From the IMG/VR virus record IMGVR_UViG_3300035227_000232, positions 25,414-89,413 of that record: 64,000 nucleotides of DNA; one strand, given 5' to 3'. Below the pieces are notes generated by a model. The model did not search any database and was not told the DNA's origin. It saw only the letters and a list, made by a program, of their open reading frames with translations. Position numbers and translations under genes: made by a program. This DNA comes from a virus. Lineage: Duplodnaviria > Caudoviricetes. This document shows positions 17,182-29,300 of the stretch, one piece after another. How positions within the stretch are numbered: the stretch's first letter is position 1; each line of letters opens with the position of its first letter.

Positions 17182-19121
17182 GCGATAAACTCAAAGTATT
17201 AGTTCATACTGATTCGAGCTTAGCAAAAACTGGGTTTGGTCGAAACGCTAGGGCTATACTCTCTCATCTTTATAATACAAAGAAATATGAGTTAGTCCAT
17301 TATTGCATAGGGACACAGGAAAATTCTCCGGTGCTGAAGAAGACCCCTTGGCGTTCAGTAGGTTGTTTGCCTTCAAACCAATCTGAGTTGGAAAGAATAA
17401 ATAGAGACCCTACCTTCGCTAGGATGGCTGGATATGGTTCATACTTTATAGATAAGGTAATAGACGAGGAAAAACCTGATGTTTACATAGGGGCACAAGA
17501 TATCTGGGGGCTTGATTACACCGTAGATAAATTTTGGTTTAACAAGATACCTAGTGTAATCTGGACAACTCTAGATTCTCTTCCGTTACTTCCCACTGCC
17601 GTAGAAAAGGCGAAGAGCATAAAGGACTATTGGATTTGGGCTGACTTCGCCACCAAAGAGATGCACCGTCTTGGGCACAAGCACGTCAGAACGATGCGCG
17701 GATCAGTAGATACTCAATTTTTCCACAAACTTCCAGACTCAGAAAAAACGGAACTAAGGAAGAGACACGGAATCTCCGAAGATGTTTTCATAATTGGGTT
17801 CGTGTTTAGAAACCAACTAAGAAAAACCATATATTCTCTTTTAGAGGGTTTCAAAATGTTTAAATCTCGAGAGCCAAAGGCTCAAAGAGCTAAACTCCTT
17901 CTGCATACTCATTTCTCGGAAGGCTGGGACATCCCTAAGTTGGCAAGCGAATATGGGGTTGACATGGAGGATATACTAACCACTTACGTTTGCCGTACTT
18001 GTAAATTCTATTTTATTGCAACGTTTCAAGGGCAGGATAAAAAATGCCCCGCTTGTGGATCGGAGAAAGAGGCAGGACTCATCACCACTAACACTAATAA
18101 TGGTGTTACAGAAAGCCAACTTAATGAAGTATATAATCTGATGAACGTATATTGCCACCCATTCACTTCTGGTGGTCAAGAAATACCGATACAAGAAGCG
18201 AAGCTTACTGAACTAATCACATTAGTGACGAACTATAGTTGTGGAGAGGACCTTTGCGTTGATGAAGCTTGCTCTATACCTCTCGATTGGAAAGCATACA
18301 GGGAACCTAATACTCAATTTATTAAAGCCCAAACTCATGAAAGCTCGATATCTAAACAGTTAGCGAAGGTTTTCAAAATGAAACCAGCCCAACGAAAAAA
18401 GATGGGCGAAAAGGCTAGAGAATGGGTCATCAATAACTTTTCGGTAGAAGTTATATCTAAGCAAATAGAAGATTTTTTGGACGGATGTGAGAAAACCGAT
18501 TTTGACTTTAAAAATACGGAAGAGAAAAAAGACCCGAATATACAAATCCCGACAGGGTTAAGTGATAAGGATTGGCTGATATGGATGTACCACAACATTC
18601 TAAAGATGGAGCATGTGGACGAAAAAGATGACGGATACAAATACTGGACTCAAGAATTGGAAAAAGGTACAGACAAGAAACAGATAGAAGACTATTTTAG
18701 ACATGTAGCGGTCAATGAAAACAGCAAGGGAGATAATAAAGGCGATCTCACTGACGTCCTTGATGAAGACGATGATGGGAAAAGGATGCTATACGTAATG
18801 CCTGAGGCGATAGGAGATATATACATATCGACTAGCCTCTTCCGGTCAATGAAAGAACAATATCCAGATTATAATTTATATGTCGCTGTACGTCCTGAAT
18901 TCTCAGAGGTCCTAGATGGGAATCCATACGTACATAAGACGATTCCTTATGCTCCGCAGATGGATAGCCTCCCTTGGTTAGAAGGATCGAAGACTCACAA
19001 AGGTTACTTCAAGATTGCGTTCCTTCCTTTTGTGAATACTCAGAAAATCCTGACTTGGATGCATAACGGATTAACAAACATAGCTTACAAAGATTTGAGG
19101 TACGAAAATGCACTTGATTGA
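17178..19121 (+). CDS. Multidomain glycosyltransferase: GT4 (GT-B) + Zn ribbon + DUF4214-like + GT9-like N-lobe
   Basis: TGFGRNAR, FIIGFVFRNQLRK, LYNLMNVYCHPFTSGGQEIPIQEA, CRTC..CPAC, DDGYKYWTQEL and AIGDIYISTSLFRSMKEQYPD. Confidence 0.85.
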   Translation: MSDKLKVLVHTDSSLAKTGFGRNARAILSHLYNTKKYELVHYCIGTQENSPVLKKTPWRSVGCLPSNQSELERINRDPTFARMAGYGSYFIDKVIDEEKPDVYIGAQDIWGLDYTVDKFWFNKIPSVIWTTLDSLPLLPTAVEKAKSIKDYWIWADFATKEMHRLGHKHVRTMRGSVDTQFFHKLPDSEKTELRKRHGISEDVFIIGFVFRNQLRKTIYSLLEGFKMFKSREPKAQRAKLLLHTHFSEGWDIPKLASEYGVDMEDILTTYVCRTCKFYFIATFQGQDKKCPACGSEKEAGLITTNTNNGVTESQLNEVYNLMNVYCHPFTSGGQEIPIQEAKLTELITLVTNYSCGEDLCVDEACSIPLDWKAYREPNTQFIKAQTHESSISKQLAKVFKMKPAQRKKMGEKAREWVINNFSVEVISKQIEDFLDGCEKTDFDFKNTEEKKDPNIQIPTGLSDKDWLIWMYHNILKMEHVDEKDDGYKYWTQELEKGTDKKQIEDYFRHVAVNENSKGDNKGDLTDVLDEDDDGKRMLYVMPEAIGDIYISTSLFRSMKEQYPDYNLYVAVRPEFSEVLDGNPYVHKTIPYAPQMDSLPWLEGSKTHKGYFKIAFLPFVNTQKILTWMHNGLTNIAYKDLRYENALD

Positions 19122-20304
19122 ATCTTATGCTACCCATTGCGGGTTAAAAATCGATAAACCGTTTATATCGGAGAAATTTTTTCCGTTATGCTTCGATAAA
19201 TATATCACCTTTCATCCTACTACGAAGTCATCTAGATTTTATGACTACTGGCAAGAGGTAGTCTCAATCCTCGCCCCATATTTAGCAGAGGCGGATATTA
19301 GGATTCTTCAATTAGGAACACAAGCTGAACACTCGTATGCCGGATGTAGTCACTTGCAAGGACAAACTAACATTGGCCAAACTGCATACGTACTAAGGGG
19401 AGCAATGCTGCACTTGGGCTGCGATAGCTTTCCTACTCACATGGCGAGTGGACTCAATAAAAAAATAGTTTCTACTTACGGGGTTTGTTCTCCGGGTAAT
19501 ACAACTCCCTACTGGGGAAATCCAGATGACCATAGGCTTTTTCATCCAGACAGGAAAGGAGAGTCTCCGTGTTATAGCAATGAAGATGATCCGAAGATGA
19601 TTAATAATCTGAAGCCTGAAGATATAGCAAGATCAGTATGCGATCTCTTAGGACTAGAGTTCGATTACCCATACAGAACTCTTTATTTAGGCCCTACTTA
19701 TTCGAGTAGACTCGTAGAATCAGTTCCCGATTCTTTGGTAGATATAAAAAATCTTGGAATCGATAACCTTATCATTCGAATGGATTATTCGTTTGATGAG
19801 GATATATTATCTAAGCAATTGCAACTAAACCACTGCTCCATCATTACTGATAAGCCTATCAGTGAAGACATTTTAAGGAACTTCAATAAACAGATCAGTG
19901 AAGTCATATATATCTTAGACGAAAACCATAGCCCCGAATTTGCGAAGCTTGTCCAAGGGCTTAATATAAAGATGATGCTTCTTTCGGCTCTCGATGAAGA
20001 AAAAATAAATGACATCAAGATTCCCTATTTAGACTTTGATTCTGTGATAACCGAAAAACAAAAATTTAAAATCGAAGAAGTATCGAAGGAAGGAAACCCA
20101 CTAGCTGTTTTTAAAGACAAGAAACTAGACGATCTTTTTTATAAATCTTCTAAAGTAACCCTCAGCAAAGAAAAAGTATATTTGAGTAAGTTAGATTGGC
20201 AGAATGGAGACAGTGTTGAATCAACAGACGATATAAGACCAGTAATTAATATAGAAGAATTCTGGTATGACCTAGAATACATGACAATATTGGAGAAAAT
20301 ATAA
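19108..20304 (+). CDS. GT9 (heptosyltransferase-like) C-lobe plus an unknown C-terminal domain
   Basis: YITFHP..YDYWQEVV, LQGQTNIGQTAYVLRGAMLHLGCDSFPTHMASGLNKKIVSTYG. Confidence 0.8.
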   Translation: MHLIESYATHCGLKIDKPFISEKFFPLCFDKYITFHPTTKSSRFYDYWQEVVSILAPYLAEADIRILQLGTQAEHSYAGCSHLQGQTNIGQTAYVLRGAMLHLGCDSFPTHMASGLNKKIVSTYGVCSPGNTTPYWGNPDDHRLFHPDRKGESPCYSNEDDPKMINNLKPEDIARSVCDLLGLEFDYPYRTLYLGPTYSSRLVESVPDSLVDIKNLGIDNLIIRMDYSFDEDILSKQLQLNHCSIITDKPISEDILRNFNKQISEVIYILDENHSPEFAKLVQGLNIKMMLLSALDEEKINDIKIPYLDFDSVITEKQKFKIEEVSKEGNPLAVFKDKKLDDLFYKSSKVTLSKEKVYLSKLDWQNGDSVESTDDIRPVINIEEFWYDLEYMTILEKI

Positions 20305-21095
20305 TGAGCAACCCTATGGAACTAAATAAAAATACATCAGCCGATACGAGAGACAATCGCGGGCTGATGAATAATGAACATATAGAATACAAATTTAATG
20401 AAGACGGCTCTATTGATTGGAGAGCTATGGTCTCAGAGAAATATCTTTACCCGAATAGACAATGGTTCGAGAGCAGAGAGAAGACTGTTCCTACTTCTAT
20501 AGAAGGTCTCAAAGACAATCAGCTTCTCATCATGATAGGGGGGCTGAAGGAACTCGCTCAAGTAAGAGGTTATTCGAGCGTGTCATATCAAGTTTATACA
20601 GCCGAACCTGATTTCGTAACAGTTTCTTGCCAAATAGATTGGCTCCCAAATTATGAGACTCAAGGTAAGCCAATTCAATTTCAGTCCTTATCTTGTGCGT
20701 CGGTATCAAACACTGACGGTTTCGCCAGATATTACCTACCTGAGATAGCAGAGAACCGCGCTTTTACTCGTTGCGTTCGCAATTTCTTAAAGATCAATAT
20801 TGTCGGTCAGGATGAAGTAGCAAGGACACCCCAAGAATTATCGAAGACAGCCGAAACCATCGATGTGACCAAGAAGTCTGTAGTGTCAGATCAGTTTGAG
20901 AATAGGGCGAACGTACACTACATGCTGGAAAAACTCATGAGAGATAAAGATATTTCTTTCGAACAGGTCAAAAAGAAATGTATTAGCATGAAGGTAGATG
21001 GCGCGGAAAATTTTGAAGGCTTACATAATATCCCGAATATCACCGTCTATGAATTAACGACGGCCCTTCAAAAGTATAAGCCTAAAGAGAGCTAG
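20304..21095 (+). CDS. Rad52/Sak-like single-strand annealing protein (putative)
   Basis: [25 protein letters not shown] and [19 protein letters not shown] match the Rad52-like AxTRAxxRA helix. Confidence 0.6.
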   Translation: MSNPMELNKNTSADTRDNRGLMNNEHIEYKFNEDGSIDWRAMVSEKYLYPNRQWFESREKTVPTSIEGLKDNQLLIMIGGLKELAQVRGYSSVSYQVYTAEPDFVTVSCQIDWLPNYETQGKPIQFQSLSCASVSNTDGFARYYLPEIAENRAFTRCVRNFLKINIVGQDEVARTPQELSKTAETIDVTKKSVVSDQFENRANVHYMLEKLMRDKDISFEQVKKKCISMKVDGAENFEGLHNIPNITVYELTTALQKYKPKES

Positions 21096-23305
21096 TAAGC
21101 GTACCACATGCCTTCATCTGATCCGTGTGGTTGGGTCCACCAAAAGCCATCTCCATCACTAACAAGGGTTAAGGGTTGGTAGGCGTACATGGTACTCATG
21201 CCATTACCGTTCGAAAGACCCCCGCTCATACTATTGTACTCGTTGTAAGCGTCATAGATAACATCACTTCCAGAAGCAGAGGCGGTGACCTTCACGCTAT
21301 TCATGCCAATGTCAAAGATAATACAAGTTATCTTCGTCCCCGCTCCTGCGCTGGATGCAGTCGGGAGAGTTAATACAAAATCCTGACTAGACCCGTTGTT
21401 GTCTATTATGTACAGGGTATCGCCTGTTACACTGGACGTAATATCACCATCTGAAGTAACTACTACCCTAGTTAAACCTCCGCCAGCACCAGTAGGGCCT
21501 GTGGGTCCAGCAGCACCACCGGAACCTGTAGGACCAGCGGGCCCAGCACCTCCAGCACTTCCAGTAGGCCCAGCGGGTCCAGCACCTCCAGCAGGGCCTG
21601 TCGGTCCAGCAGGACCACCAGCGGGACCAGCGGGACCTGTGGGTCCAGCAGGACCACCAGCGGGACCCGTAGGGCCAGCAGGACCAGCGGGGCCAGCACC
21701 TCCAGCACCACCAGCGGGGCCAGTAGGCCCAGCGGGACCAGCACCTCCAGCACCACCAGCGGGACCTGTAGGTCCAGCAGCACCAGCAGCACCAGCAGGG
21801 CCTGTCGGACCCTGATCACCACCACCCGGACCCGGATCACCTTGAGGACCAGCGGGGCCTGTCGGTCCAGCAGGACCACCAGAGGGACCAGCAGGACCAG
21901 CAGAACCAGCAGGACCTGTAGGTCCAGCAGGGCCAGCAGGGCCACCAGCGGGACCAGTAGGACCAGCAGGACCAGCAGGACCAGCACTACCTGTTGGACC
22001 AGCAGGACCACCAGAGGGACCCGTGGGGCCAGCAGGGCCAGCAGAACCACCAGAACCAGTAGGACCAGCAGGGCCAGCAGCACCTCCAGAACCAGCAGGA
22101 CCTGTCGGTCCAGCAGGACCACCAGAAGGGCCAACAGGGCCAGTAGGACCGAGAGGACCAGCGGGACCAGCAGGACCTGTAGGACCCCCAGCGGGCCCAG
22201 CAAGACCTTGAGGACCAGTAGGCCCACTAGAACCCACAGCACCTGTCGGACCTTGCGCTGCGGGAGAAAAAGACATCACTAAGATATCCGAATTGGAAAA
22301 GCTTCCTAACGAATCATTACTAGATACGTTCAGTTTCTTGTAATAACCACCGCCTTCTTCACTCGCTGAAGTGATGGTAAGACTCACCCATTTTGTAATA
22401 GGGGAATCTTGTTTAAAAATCTTTATCCTTGATCCGAGAACATCATCTAAGGACGCCAACCAAGTAGCTATGTTCCCCCCAGCATCGAAATAATTAACAT
22501 AGACTTTAGTGACTGCCATAAGATCAGAATCATTTAATCTTAATTCCCCTGTTCCGGGGTCAGCATCAGTAGTAGAACTGTCGAAAGTAAATTGATACGA
22601 GTCTCCGCCAAACCCTCCAATAGGGCCAGTAGCACCCGTGGAACCCGCAGAACCTGTAGGCCCAGCAGGACCAGCAGAACCAGTGCTGCCATCGTCGCCA
22701 TCAGGGCCAGCGTCTCCTTTTTCACCCGTAACAGAAAATGCAACGACTAGTTCATTGTCGTTTCCGAACACAGCAGTAATAGTATTACTACTATAAGTAA
22801 TTGCAGATACGCTTATTTTTCGGTACTGACTCCCCGATACATTCGCTGCATTAATCTTAAATGTTACGAAATTCTCAGGCGCAGACTTCTTAAAAATCTT
22901 GATTCTCCCTCTGTTGGTAGAGTTACTAGAGTTATCGTCGAAGGAATCCAACCAAGTAGTAATATTATTTTCTCCTTGGTCGTAAATGCTAATATACGCA
23001 GTATCAACTGATGAAAAGTAGCCGGAATGATTAAGTCTCAGATATCCTATTCCGGGGTATGAATCAGTTGTAGAAGTGGAAAATTTATATGGTTGCGCGT
23101 CTCCTGCAAAACCGCCTTGAGGACCAGTAGACCCCTGAGGGCCAGCAGCACCAGCACTTCCTGTATCCCCAGTTGACCCAGCGGGCCCGATAGGACCAAT
23201 AGGCCCAGTGGGTCCAGTAGCTAGTGGTCCGGTCGGCCCGATAAAAGTACTACCTTCTTCAGTCGTAACTGCGTCTTTGTCTAAAATTGTTTTTCTTCTA
23301 GCCAT
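21092..23305 (-). CDS. Collagen-like tail fibre protein
   Basis: Long Gly-Pro-X tracts, two copies of a ~130 aa globular domain (GGFxGD..F.STTD.xPG.G.LRLN) and a C-terminal [10 protein letters not shown]-type head domain. Confidence 0.88.
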   Translation of the reverse strand: MARRKTILDKDAVTTEEGSTFIGPTGPLATGPTGPIGPIGPAGSTGDTGSAGAAGPQGSTGPQGGFAGDAQPYKFSTSTTDSYPGIGYLRLNHSGYFSSVDTAYISIYDQGENNITTWLDSFDDNSSNSTNRGRIKIFKKSAPENFVTFKINAANVSGSQYRKISVSAITYSSNTITAVFGNDNELVVAFSVTGEKGDAGPDGDDGSTGSAGPAGPTGSAGSTGATGPIGGFGGDSYQFTFDSSTTDADPGTGELRLNDSDLMAVTKVYVNYFDAGGNIATWLASLDDVLGSRIKIFKQDSPITKWVSLTITSASEEGGGYYKKLNVSSNDSLGSFSNSDILVMSFSPAAQGPTGAVGSSGPTGPQGLAGPAGGPTGPAGPAGPLGPTGPVGPSGGPAGPTGPAGSGGAAGPAGPTGSGGSAGPAGPTGPSGGPAGPTGSAGPAGPAGPTGPAGGPAGPAGPTGPAGSAGPAGPSGGPAGPTGPAGPQGDPGPGGGDQGPTGPAGAAGAAGPTGPAGGAGGAGPAGPTGPAGGAGGAGPAGPAGPTGPAGGPAGPTGPAGPAGGPAGPTGPAGGAGPAGPTGSAGGAGPAGPTGSGGAAGPTGPTGAGGGLTRVVVTSDGDITSSVTGDTLYIIDNNGSSQDFVLTLPTASSAGAGTKITCIIFDIGMNSVKVTASASGSDVIYDAYNEYNSMSGGLSNGNGMSTMYAYQPLTLVSDGDGFWWTQPHGSDEGMWYAY
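21478..22255 (-). repeat. Gly-Pro-Ala/Thr collagen repeat tract with extra-Gly interruptions
   Basis: Reiterated GGACCAGCAGG/GGGCCAGC units, visibly more GC-rich than the flanks. Confidence 0.95.
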
Positions 23306-23310
23306 TGGTC

Positions 23311-26300
23311 TTAACTATCCTGTGTTAAAAAACCTTTAAAATAAAACTTACCTTCTAACGCTCCCGCCGTTGCGCCACTGCTTATAGTCACTATCATATG
23401 ATCGGTTGCCTTCGTATCATTCAACGCCAGATACCTTTCTCTTTGACCCTCTGTGATTGCATCAATAGCATTCTTATCCGTATACCCCTCTAAGTCACCA
23501 CTATAACCCATCATGAACTCGGGGCCAGTTAGAACTGGGTTAGTTGATTCGGTAATTAACAATCCCGCCTCATCCGCATAAAAATAACCTTCTGGGCTCA
23601 TATGAATAACATGTTTTCCGGTCTGAGTAAGGTCTATCTTCTTGGTCATCATGACCGTCTCGGCCATCAGGTGGTCTCTATAGAATGTGTCAGAGTTTCC
23701 GAATGCGGTAGAACCCACATATTTCGTGGGATATATATTCGCCCCCGTATTTTGCGGAAAGATATGAGTACCAGAGAAATGGGGACTAACGATAAGGTGA
23801 CCGCCGTTTACTACTTGAGCAACTTCTACGACAGAGGAACCAAAGCTAGATGGGGCCACCTCAGTTAATTGGCCAGAGGTCACGTCACTCAAGTAGAGGG
23901 GTTGTCCTGCTGTATAACCAGTTATGTAAGGAATCTGACCGTGGGAAACATATTCAAAACTCGATCCTAAAACCGATTTAACCACGCCTAAGGGAGTCGA
24001 AGTGCTAATGTTGTTGGCGCAAGCCTTAACATATCCTGAAATAGCGGGGACGCCGGGAGATACTACAGGTTGTTGTTCGTATCTGATTACATCTCCAATC
24101 GCAAACCCATGACTCAATTGCCCATGATGAATTATAGTATTAGCTGCTAAATCACCAGTGGTAAGATTAAAAGTGACTGGATTCGTTCCCAAAACCTGAG
24201 TTAGACCGCCGTAAACATTTACTGATCCACCAATATTGGAGTCGATTACAGAGACGTTACTATCAACGTTCTGAGCGTCATTGAAATTTTGAAGAACGAT
24301 TTCGTGTGCATCGATTATCTGCACCGACCCAGAAACATTTAACTGTTTGTTTATCCCTGTGAACGTCATACTGCTGACGTTGCCGATTATGTTTCCTGTC
24401 GGCTGTTCCAGATGCACAGCCCCGTCGATATAGATATTGACTGTATTTCCTGAATCAAAATTGGTCTGACCGATATTATCGTAAGTCCCCGTTATCGTAA
24501 CCGTGGAGTTATGTATCGTGTTAGTGTTTGTAAACTCATTATCCGAAATTGTGCTACTGAAAGTAGGAGAGAAGTTGCTCTGAGAATAGTAGCCAACAGC
24601 AGAGAATGTGTTATCCCTGTAATCAGCATGTACTCTTGGGGCATTGTATATGTTAACAACCCCACCTGAAATATTTGTAGTATTGCTTACCCCCGTAACA
24701 TTATGAACTGATCCTGTTATGGAAGGATTATTGTACTGGTATGATGTAGCCGAGCCAGCATACCCGTAATTGGCGGAGTTCGAGGTGTGCGTATTGTACT
24801 GATAATGCAGGGCCTCTGGGCCAATATGATTTATATCTGTAAACGCACCGCTGTGTTTTTCTATATTCCTGAACTGGTAAACATTTGTTAGGCCACCGGA
24901 TATTATAACCCTAGCATCATTAGAGGTTCCATCTGTTTGAGTATACCAAACATTAATTTCGTTCGGATGATCTGTGATGTTGGTAGTTCCGTGGTAAATA
25001 TCTATATCGTGACCAGAAACATAGGAGATCGAACCTCCTGTCACTACCATAGTACTATTATACAGCAAGACATCCTCACCAGAAAGGGTGACGTAATTAA
25101 TTCCTCCTGAAATATCGATGTTGCGACCAGTGAATGTATTTATGCCACCAGTAATATAAATGTTGCTGCTGTCGCCTTGGAGGATAACATCAGAATCGTG
25201 AATATTATTGCTGCCCTGATAGATATTTACCCCAGTAGCATAATCGAGATTCGTTAAACCGGAATTTATGGTTATTGATCCAATACCATCAGAGGCATAC
25301 ACCGGAATATTCGTCGTCCCAGTATAGATATTAGCGGTCTCTATCAGCTTCCCTGTTACATTTCCAGTTATGTACGTAGTCCCTCCAGTGATAGTCGTAA
25401 CTTGAGTCAGATAATTCTTTATTACCGATGAGGAGGAAGCATCAACCGTTTGGAGCAATGAATTGTCTATGTTCGCTACGCCCGAACGATTGTCTATGTA
25501 GTTGGTGTTTAAGCCACCTGTAATATTCAAGTTAGAGAAGTCGTTGGCTGTAACCGTGCTTTCATACACGAAGATATCACCATCTGTCTGAGTGGCATTA
25601 AGAACGCTGGTAGTGAGGTTTATTGCATTGTTCTGACCAGTGATAGAAGTCGTACCATCTGTAATATTAACCGTGAAGTCCGTGCCAGTTACCGTTACTC
25701 CCGTATTGTATTGGAGATGGAAGGTTCCGCCATAAGCATCAATATTATCAATATCTTGGTTATGGTTGATGTAGTTCGTGCCACCCGTGATTCCTACATA
25801 GTGGCCTGTTATATCATTTATTCCTCCGTCAACCTGTATAGTTCCGCCCGTTACAGTATTAACGCTATCTTTGAGGGTAAGGTTCGCGATATCTCCGATG
25901 ATTGTTGCAGTACCACCATCGATGGTATTATCTCCACCGCTAATATTTACGATCTGATCGTCTCCTCCAGATATGGCATTAACACCGCCCGTAATCCTTA
26001 AGCTAGTTATCGCATCAGAATTAACATTAACAGTACCGCTAATTACCGTATTTACATGAGAATGATCACCCGTAAGATTTACCGTGTTGTTGGTACTCTT
26101 GTTGAGGGTGTTATATACATTTAAGACACCTGACCCTGTGACAGTGTTTCCTGTAGTTACGAATGATCCGGTCGTTACCGAATTATCCGTGTTGCGTAGC
26201 GTCCCGATGTAAGCTGCGTAAAGTGTTAGATTATCACCTTCAAGGTCGTTAATGCCTCCAGTAATAATAACATTCTCAATGATTCCAGTAGCATATTGAG

Positions 26301-29300
26301 TACCACTAAATATTTGATTGATGGTGACGCCAGAATAAAGGTTTTCGACATTTCCAGTGATGTTAATGAAGCCACCTTCTTCAATGTAATGTCCAGAAAC
26401 GGTAGTCGCTCCTGTAAAGATGTTTTGTGCTCTCGTATATATTTCGTTATGACCGCCTGTCACGAATATGGCATTCGTGGTTTTGGCCAAATCGAGATTG
26501 GAGTCGTATGCGTATACGGTCGATCCAGAGATGATTGGATTCGACCCTGTTATGTTCGCTGTTCCAGTAATGCTAATTGTGTCAGCATCGTAGATATGAA
26601 TCCCATCAGACCCAGTGATATGAACAATTCCATCACCAGTTATTGAAACCTGATAAACGTTTCCAGTGTTAGTGAAAGTGTTTGTACTGCCATAATAGGA
26701 ACTGGTACTTTGAGAAATGCTATTTGTGAAATTCGCATTCAGGAACAAATCTGATCCAGACTCAAGGACGATATCCACGGTTACTGGTGAATTGTCCTTG
26801 GTAAAGACTTGGCTACTAGAATTGTTTGATGCATACCCCCCAGCGGGAGATGCCGTCGATGAGTAATATGTCGATAAATCTATAGTCGAATCTCCTACGT
26901 GACTTCCAATATCCAGCCTAATAGCACCAACTTCTTGATCGGCACTTGCCGAAGTAGTGGCCACCGCGCCACCGCCATAGTAACTCGAAGTAGCATAACT
27001 CGATTGAGTATTCTCGTAGTTCTGGAAAGCGTTTACTGTTAGATCACCCGATTGATAGTCGATATCAAAATCACCAGTGCTCGTTCCGGTTAGGTAAACA
27101 TTTCCAATAATTCCGGTGTCGATATCCAGAATCCCCGATCCAAGGAAGATATTAGTTATCTCGCTGTTGTTTACATAGAAGTTATCTATGTTCGACTCAG
27201 AATAAATATTATTACCACTTCCAGTAATGATTGTGTCCGTCAAATCGAGATAAGAAGAAAGCTGGATAGTCCCGATAGTCCCGCTAATCAAATCGATATC
27301 GAAATCACCTATATTTCCTGTGTGATTTAGCGTTCCTATCGAATGATCAGTGCCCGCTTGACTTATACTTTCGATAGTTCCTGTGGACTGCCAATTGGTA
27401 ATGTCTCCGTACACATATGTGCCAGTTGGCATATACAGGTAATTGTCCCCTCCGTGAATATCTATCTGCGAATTAGTACCCGTAATCGTAACTTCGCCCG
27501 AGTTGATGGTTAAATTATGTCCATCGCCCGAATGATAAATAAATATATCCCCTTCCTCTACGGATATGGAACCTGATCCAGTGACAGTGTTCCCTGTAAT
27601 CGTGGGCTTATTATTTATCGTTATGTCCCCACCGTAGCTATGAATAGTATTATTTAAACCGCTACTCAGGGTTGCTACGAATCCAGCACCACCAGAAATG
27701 TAATTAATTCCTCCTGTTATATAAGCCGAACCGGAGATGTGACTTACTCCACCGCTTATGTAGTTGGTGCTATTGGTAAGCGTCAATGATGCATCAGAGC
27801 CAGAAGCAATATTTACCTCTATGTCGTTTATACTTTCTTGGACTGTGATTTCACCACCTGTGATATTAGTGTGGCCGGAGATTATTGTTACCGTGCTCGT
27901 GTTTATGTAGTTTGTATTTCCGCCTGTGTAGTGGTTTATCTCCACTGAACTTTCATCTACATCAACGTTACTAGTAAGAGTGTTGCTGTTTAATGTTACG
28001 TGACCGCCTGTTACGCTAAGGTTATTTACGGTTCCCGTTATCCCCACCGAGCCTGATGCATATGGTCCCGTGAAATATCCGGTCCCCGAACCTGTAATAG
28101 TAACATTAAGAGGACCATTGGTAATCCCTATGACCAGATTTCTAACCGTGTTTAACTCTACGTCTCCAGTAACTAAACCGCTTTCGTGGACCGATGGACC
28201 ATATGCAGTTAAACTCGAAAACGCATTAGTACCCCCCAGACTCACGGTGTTGAACGTATTATGAGCCTGTGAAATTGTGCCAGCATTTATATTCTGAGAA
28301 CCCGTTAAATAAACGTTAGAATAATTGGCGTTGAAAGTATCTATAAGGTGATGGTGGGTGGCTGCATTATCATGCGACGCCAAATCAACATCGATGTTGG
28401 TTGTTCCACCAGCTTGAGAGGTAGCGGTGATGTTGTTCGTCCCTGCGTTGCTTGATCCAGCCTCAAACGTATTCCCTGTGATGTATAACTTAATATCCGT
28501 TAGCTCATTTCCTGTGGCGTAGATATTTGTGTCTTGTCCAGACATCAAATTCACATAACCGGAATGAAGAATATTGAACGTGTTCACGCCTCCGGTGACG
28601 GAATTCACGTTGTCGGTAGTGATCGTATTAACGCCACCCGTTATGGCCCTAACATCCCCACTGACGACCATAGTATTAACACCGCCGTCTAAACCGACGG
28701 TCTGGGAAAACACATTGTTAACGCCACCGGAAAGGGTGGCTGTGTTGGTGAATATGTTAGCTACTGAATCATAGATACTATTTTCACACCCTGAATTAAT
28801 GGCGACGGTCGATCCAGTTATGCCGATGGTGAAAGTCGGACTTGCTCCAGATGCTATGCCACTTCCTATATGTACTAAGCCACCAGAAATGTGCGCTATT
28901 CCAGTATCGACATTAACTACGCTCCCATCTTGTGGGAAGAAGTAGTTATCATTTCCATATATCCCAAGCTCTCCGTACAGGTCTGCCGTTCCCGTAAGGT
29001 AAATGCTTTCATTACCTGAGAGAGAATTAGTACCTTCATAAATGTTGACTTCACTATCTGAAATAGAATTTTTGCCACCAGAGACAGTAACTTCTCCAGT
29101 TATATTTACTATTGATGTCGTCCCAGAAACATTAATAAGAGTATTGCCAGCACCAGTAATGAAATAACCCGTATAGATATACTCTCCGGGATTAGTATAC
29201 GGACCATTAAAGACGGTTACGTCACTACCAGTAACGTCTACGATACCGCTATTAAGAATCTGAACATCACTATCTTCTACATTTACTATGCCACCTGATA

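Noticed and set aside
21085-21100. Intrinsic terminators at the convergent junctions (here and at 52783-52796)
   Set aside because: The genes overlap and I could not find a GC stem with a U-tract.
21396-22282. Alternative-frame and antisense ORFs (21396-21815 +, 21472-22242 -, 21842-22282 +, 22023-22211 +), some also reading as Gly-Pro-Ala collagen
   Set aside because: GGN-CCN codon pairs are self-complementary, so a collagen tract yields stop-free, collagen-like shadows on the other strand. They have no independent start context.
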